Source of the DNA: Alphaproteobacteria bacterium
GTDB lineage: Bacteria > Pseudomonadota > Alphaproteobacteria > CAAHEQ01 > UBA3637
Assembly (NCBI GenBank): GCA_045605805.1
Contig: JAZUQR010000007.1
Span: 1-62,999, forward strand
Length of the DNA stretch: 62,999 nucleotides
Direction: 5' to 3'
Below are positions 60,890 through 62,999 of the stretch, piece by piece. Made by a program: the position numbers and the translations under genes. The notes under the pieces are model-generated. The model saw only the letters and a list, made by a program, of their open reading frames with translations, was not told where the DNA came from and searched no databases. The stretch's first letter is position 1. Every line of letters begins with the position of its first letter.

Positions 60890-61163
60890 TGAAGTATGTC
60901 ATATTGACACTATTGAAGGGGCAAAGAAATTGCTTACCATGCTCCCTAATATAAACACAGAGATTGGCAAGGAAGGCGGGACTTTGTTGGAACTTGCTTG
61001 TGCCTTTACCACAGATATAGAGCTGATTAAGTACCTTTTGGAACAAGGGGCTGATGTGCATCATACCGACAAATATGGTCGTAATGCCTTTGCCTATAGT
61101 TGGTTCAATAAGAACCCTTATATGGATGTGTTTATTAATGAAGAATTGAAAAAATACTGGTAG
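60879..61163 (+). CDS. Ankyrin-repeat protein
   Basis: GGTLLELAC....IELIKYLLEQGADVHHTDKYGRNA. Confidence 0.85.
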   Translation: MDNNEVCHIDTIEGAKKLLTMLPNINTEIGKEGGTLLELACAFTTDIELIKYLLEQGADVHHTDKYGRNAFAYSWFNKNPYMDVFINEELKKYW

Positions 61164-61255
61164 CCATAATATTTTCCATAAAAACTAAAGAACCCCGTTC
61201 AGACATGACAGGGTGTTTTTATGAACTGTGGTTGAAAGCTTTCCCACAAAGATAT

Positions 61256-61798
61256 TTATTGATTGGATTTCTGGATTAACTCTTCCAACTGATTTTGCGA
61301 CATTCCATTTTGATAAAAGATATTTTCTAAACTGGATACACGCTTTTTAAGTCCTGCCAGTTCCTCCTCCAACTTTTGGACACGCTGTGTCAGTTCCGCA
61401 TTAGATAGAACCAACTCTGTATTTTGATTAGATAATTGCTCAACATGTGATGTTTCCATGGAAAGTTGTTCATTCAGGTACTTATTTTCCCTCTCAAAGT
61501 TATCCCTGTCTTCCTTTAACACTTTCTTGTCAATGTTCCGCATATCCTCAAACAAGGGGCGATATTCTTTACCAGTTAAGGACAAGATGCGTCTCCCTTG
61601 TTTATCCAACTCCCTATAAAGGTATCCGTCCCGAACCAGTTCATTGACAAACACCTTTGCCGAAGATGCCTTAATATCCAGTGCTTTGGCTATATAGTCA
61701 TTACTTTCATAGAACTTGAATTGATTGCGGGTTCTGAATTGAATATAACTGAGCAGAACCCTTTTTGTGATTGATAAATCTGATTGTTTTTTTGGCAT
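61256..61798 (-). CDS. Winged-HTH + coiled-coil protein, possible replication initiator
   Basis: LLSYI....FYESNDYIAKAL.I...S....V.EL...GYL...RRIL resembles N-terminal HTHs of phage/plasmid initiators; lies next to the repeat array. Confidence 0.6.
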   Translation of the reverse strand: MPKKQSDLSITKRVLLSYIQFRTRNQFKFYESNDYIAKALDIKASSAKVFVNELVRDGYLYRELDKQGRRILSLTGKEYRPLFEDMRNIDKKVLKEDRDNFERENKYLNEQLSMETSHVEQLSNQNTELVLSNAELTQRVQKLEEELAGLKKRVSSLENIFYQNGMSQNQLEELIQKSNQ

Positions 61799-61879
61799 AT
61801 TTAACTCCTTTAATCTTGTTTACGGAAGTATTTATTGTCAAAGAAAGTGGATTTTGCTTTTGACAAAAATTATTTTCAC

Positions 61880-62022
61880 GGATAGCGTTGTTTCCGCCTT
61901 TTTAGGGGGTGGATAGCGTTGTTGCCGATATGTGCCATTTGGGATAGTGTTGTTGCCACCAGCGGATAGTTTTGTTTCAATCTGGGATAGCGTTGTTTCC
62001 ACTAACGAATAGTGTTGTTTCC
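61880..62022 (+). repeat. Six 16-bp iteron-like direct repeats G(G/A)ATAG(C/T)(G/T)TTGTT(T/G)C(C/A)
   Basis: Starts at 61880, 61911, 61942, 61964, 61985, 62007 (periods 31, 31, 22, 21, 22). Confidence 0.85.
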
Positions 62023-62374
62023 ACCACATTTTAAGAAACGCCAATAAACATAAGGGCTTTCGGGGTGTTTTTTACGCCTACAATATATTATACAATATAA
62101 AGACAATAGTATTATAATAAGAAAAATTTGACACCACTTCTTTTCTTTTTCATGTACAATAGAGCCCTTTGGGGAGTTGATAACAAAGTAATACCAATAA
62201 CAGCCAAAAGCCATCATAACCTAAAATAAAGTAACCCCAGCCGCCTTTTGGCGAGGGAGTGGGTTTTTATGCAAAGCGACTTGACTTTTGTATGTATCAT
62301 AACCATATATCAATAGCTGGTAAAAGCAACAATCATAAAAAAGAAAAATCTTAACAGTTTTAAAAGGAAAAATA

Positions 62375-62932
62375 ATGTTTGAAGGTTTATTAAAAGACAA
62401 GATAAAACTTAGAAAATCTAATGGTACGGAAATTGATGGTATAAATGCCAGTATTCAAAGGGATAAAATTTTCATAAACGATAAAAATGTAGTGATTGAT
62501 GAAGGCGATATTCTTTTAAGAAAATTACCAAATGGAAAAGAAGAAAATTATGAAGTTATTGATCCAGAATTTTTTAGTGATTTCCACGGAATTCCTGCTC
62601 ACTACGAAATAAAAGTGAGAAAGACAACTTTAAAGCCAAAAACATCTGCTATTATTATTCATGCAAACAATAATGCACATGTTAATGTCAATTCAGTAGA
62701 CAACTCTGTTAATAATTCTTTTAACAATAACTTGGATATTTTTGATAAATTAAAAAGTATAGCAGAAACGTTACAGGATAATGCAGAGATACTGAAATCT
62801 ATTCTTGAAATGAAGCATTCTGTTAATGACAAAAAAACTTTTAAAGAAAAATATAATAATTTTATACAAGCTGCAGCTGCTCATATGACATTATTTACAC
62901 CTCTCATAACAGAGTTAAGTAATTTTCTCTAA
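62375..62932 (+). CDS. Hypothetical cargo protein with Asn-rich linker
   Basis: AAAGGA SD; 185 aa; very AT-rich. Confidence 0.75.
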   Translation: MFEGLLKDKIKLRKSNGTEIDGINASIQRDKIFINDKNVVIDEGDILLRKLPNGKEENYEVIDPEFFSDFHGIPAHYEIKVRKTTLKPKTSAIIIHANNNAHVNVNSVDNSVNNSFNNNLDIFDKLKSIAETLQDNAEILKSILEMKHSVNDKKTFKEKYNNFIQAAAAHMTLFTPLITELSNFL

Positions 62933-62999
62933 AATACCCCATAATATACAGTTCAAATGGATAAAAATTGCAGAAGAACTTTATGGATATCTGTATATC

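Larger units (their letters stand above)
57101..62999. mobile_element. Integrative element at tRNA-Glu(CTC), left part only
   Basis: Tyrosine integrase next to the tRNA 3' end, arm-like repeats, Rep-like HTH gene with iteron-like array, orphan cargo; right att not in the window. Confidence 0.82.

Noticed and set aside
61880-62022. Repeat array as a CRISPR array
   Set aside because: Repeats are 16 bp, spacers only 5-15 bp, and no cas genes are present; phasing fits iterons.
61838-62217. 68-aa and 71-aa minus-strand ORFs
   Set aside because: They translate the iteron repeats and AT-rich DNA and lack clear SD sequences.
62957-62999. Possible gene start at the window edge
   Set aside because: Too short to evaluate.

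Overview
About 57 kb of AT-rich, compact core chromosome from an alphaproteobacterium. The assignment is inferred from gene orders such as mltB-rlpA-dac-tmk-holB-tatD, smr-mltA-tim44/secB, tsaE-amgK-addB-addA, yqeY-dnaG-rpoD, plsY-dprA-topA and suf. The core is followed by the left ~6 kb of an element integrated at tRNA-Glu(CTC), carrying a tyrosine integrase, two ankyrin proteins, an HTH Rep-like gene and an iteron-like array. Three tRNAs are present (Ser-TGA, Met-CAT, Glu-CTC). The stand-out observation is non-coding: the aspS 5' leader (48573-48751, minus strand) is a complete T-box riboswitch with the ultrashort-Stem-I, translational architecture known from actinobacterial ileS. Here it is re-specified for tRNA-Asp (GAC specifier, UGGC bulge matching a G73 discriminator) in a lineage where T-boxes are not expected. 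Other non-coding signals are a free-standing sRNA with two anti-Shine-Dalgarno loops between rpoD and valS, a probable chromosomal dif site at 8078-8105, a G-U-rich structured leader at ~36.4 kb, two probable leaderless genes, and a hairpin that sequesters the integrase start codon. All calls were made by eye from the sequence; no searches or folding programs were run.
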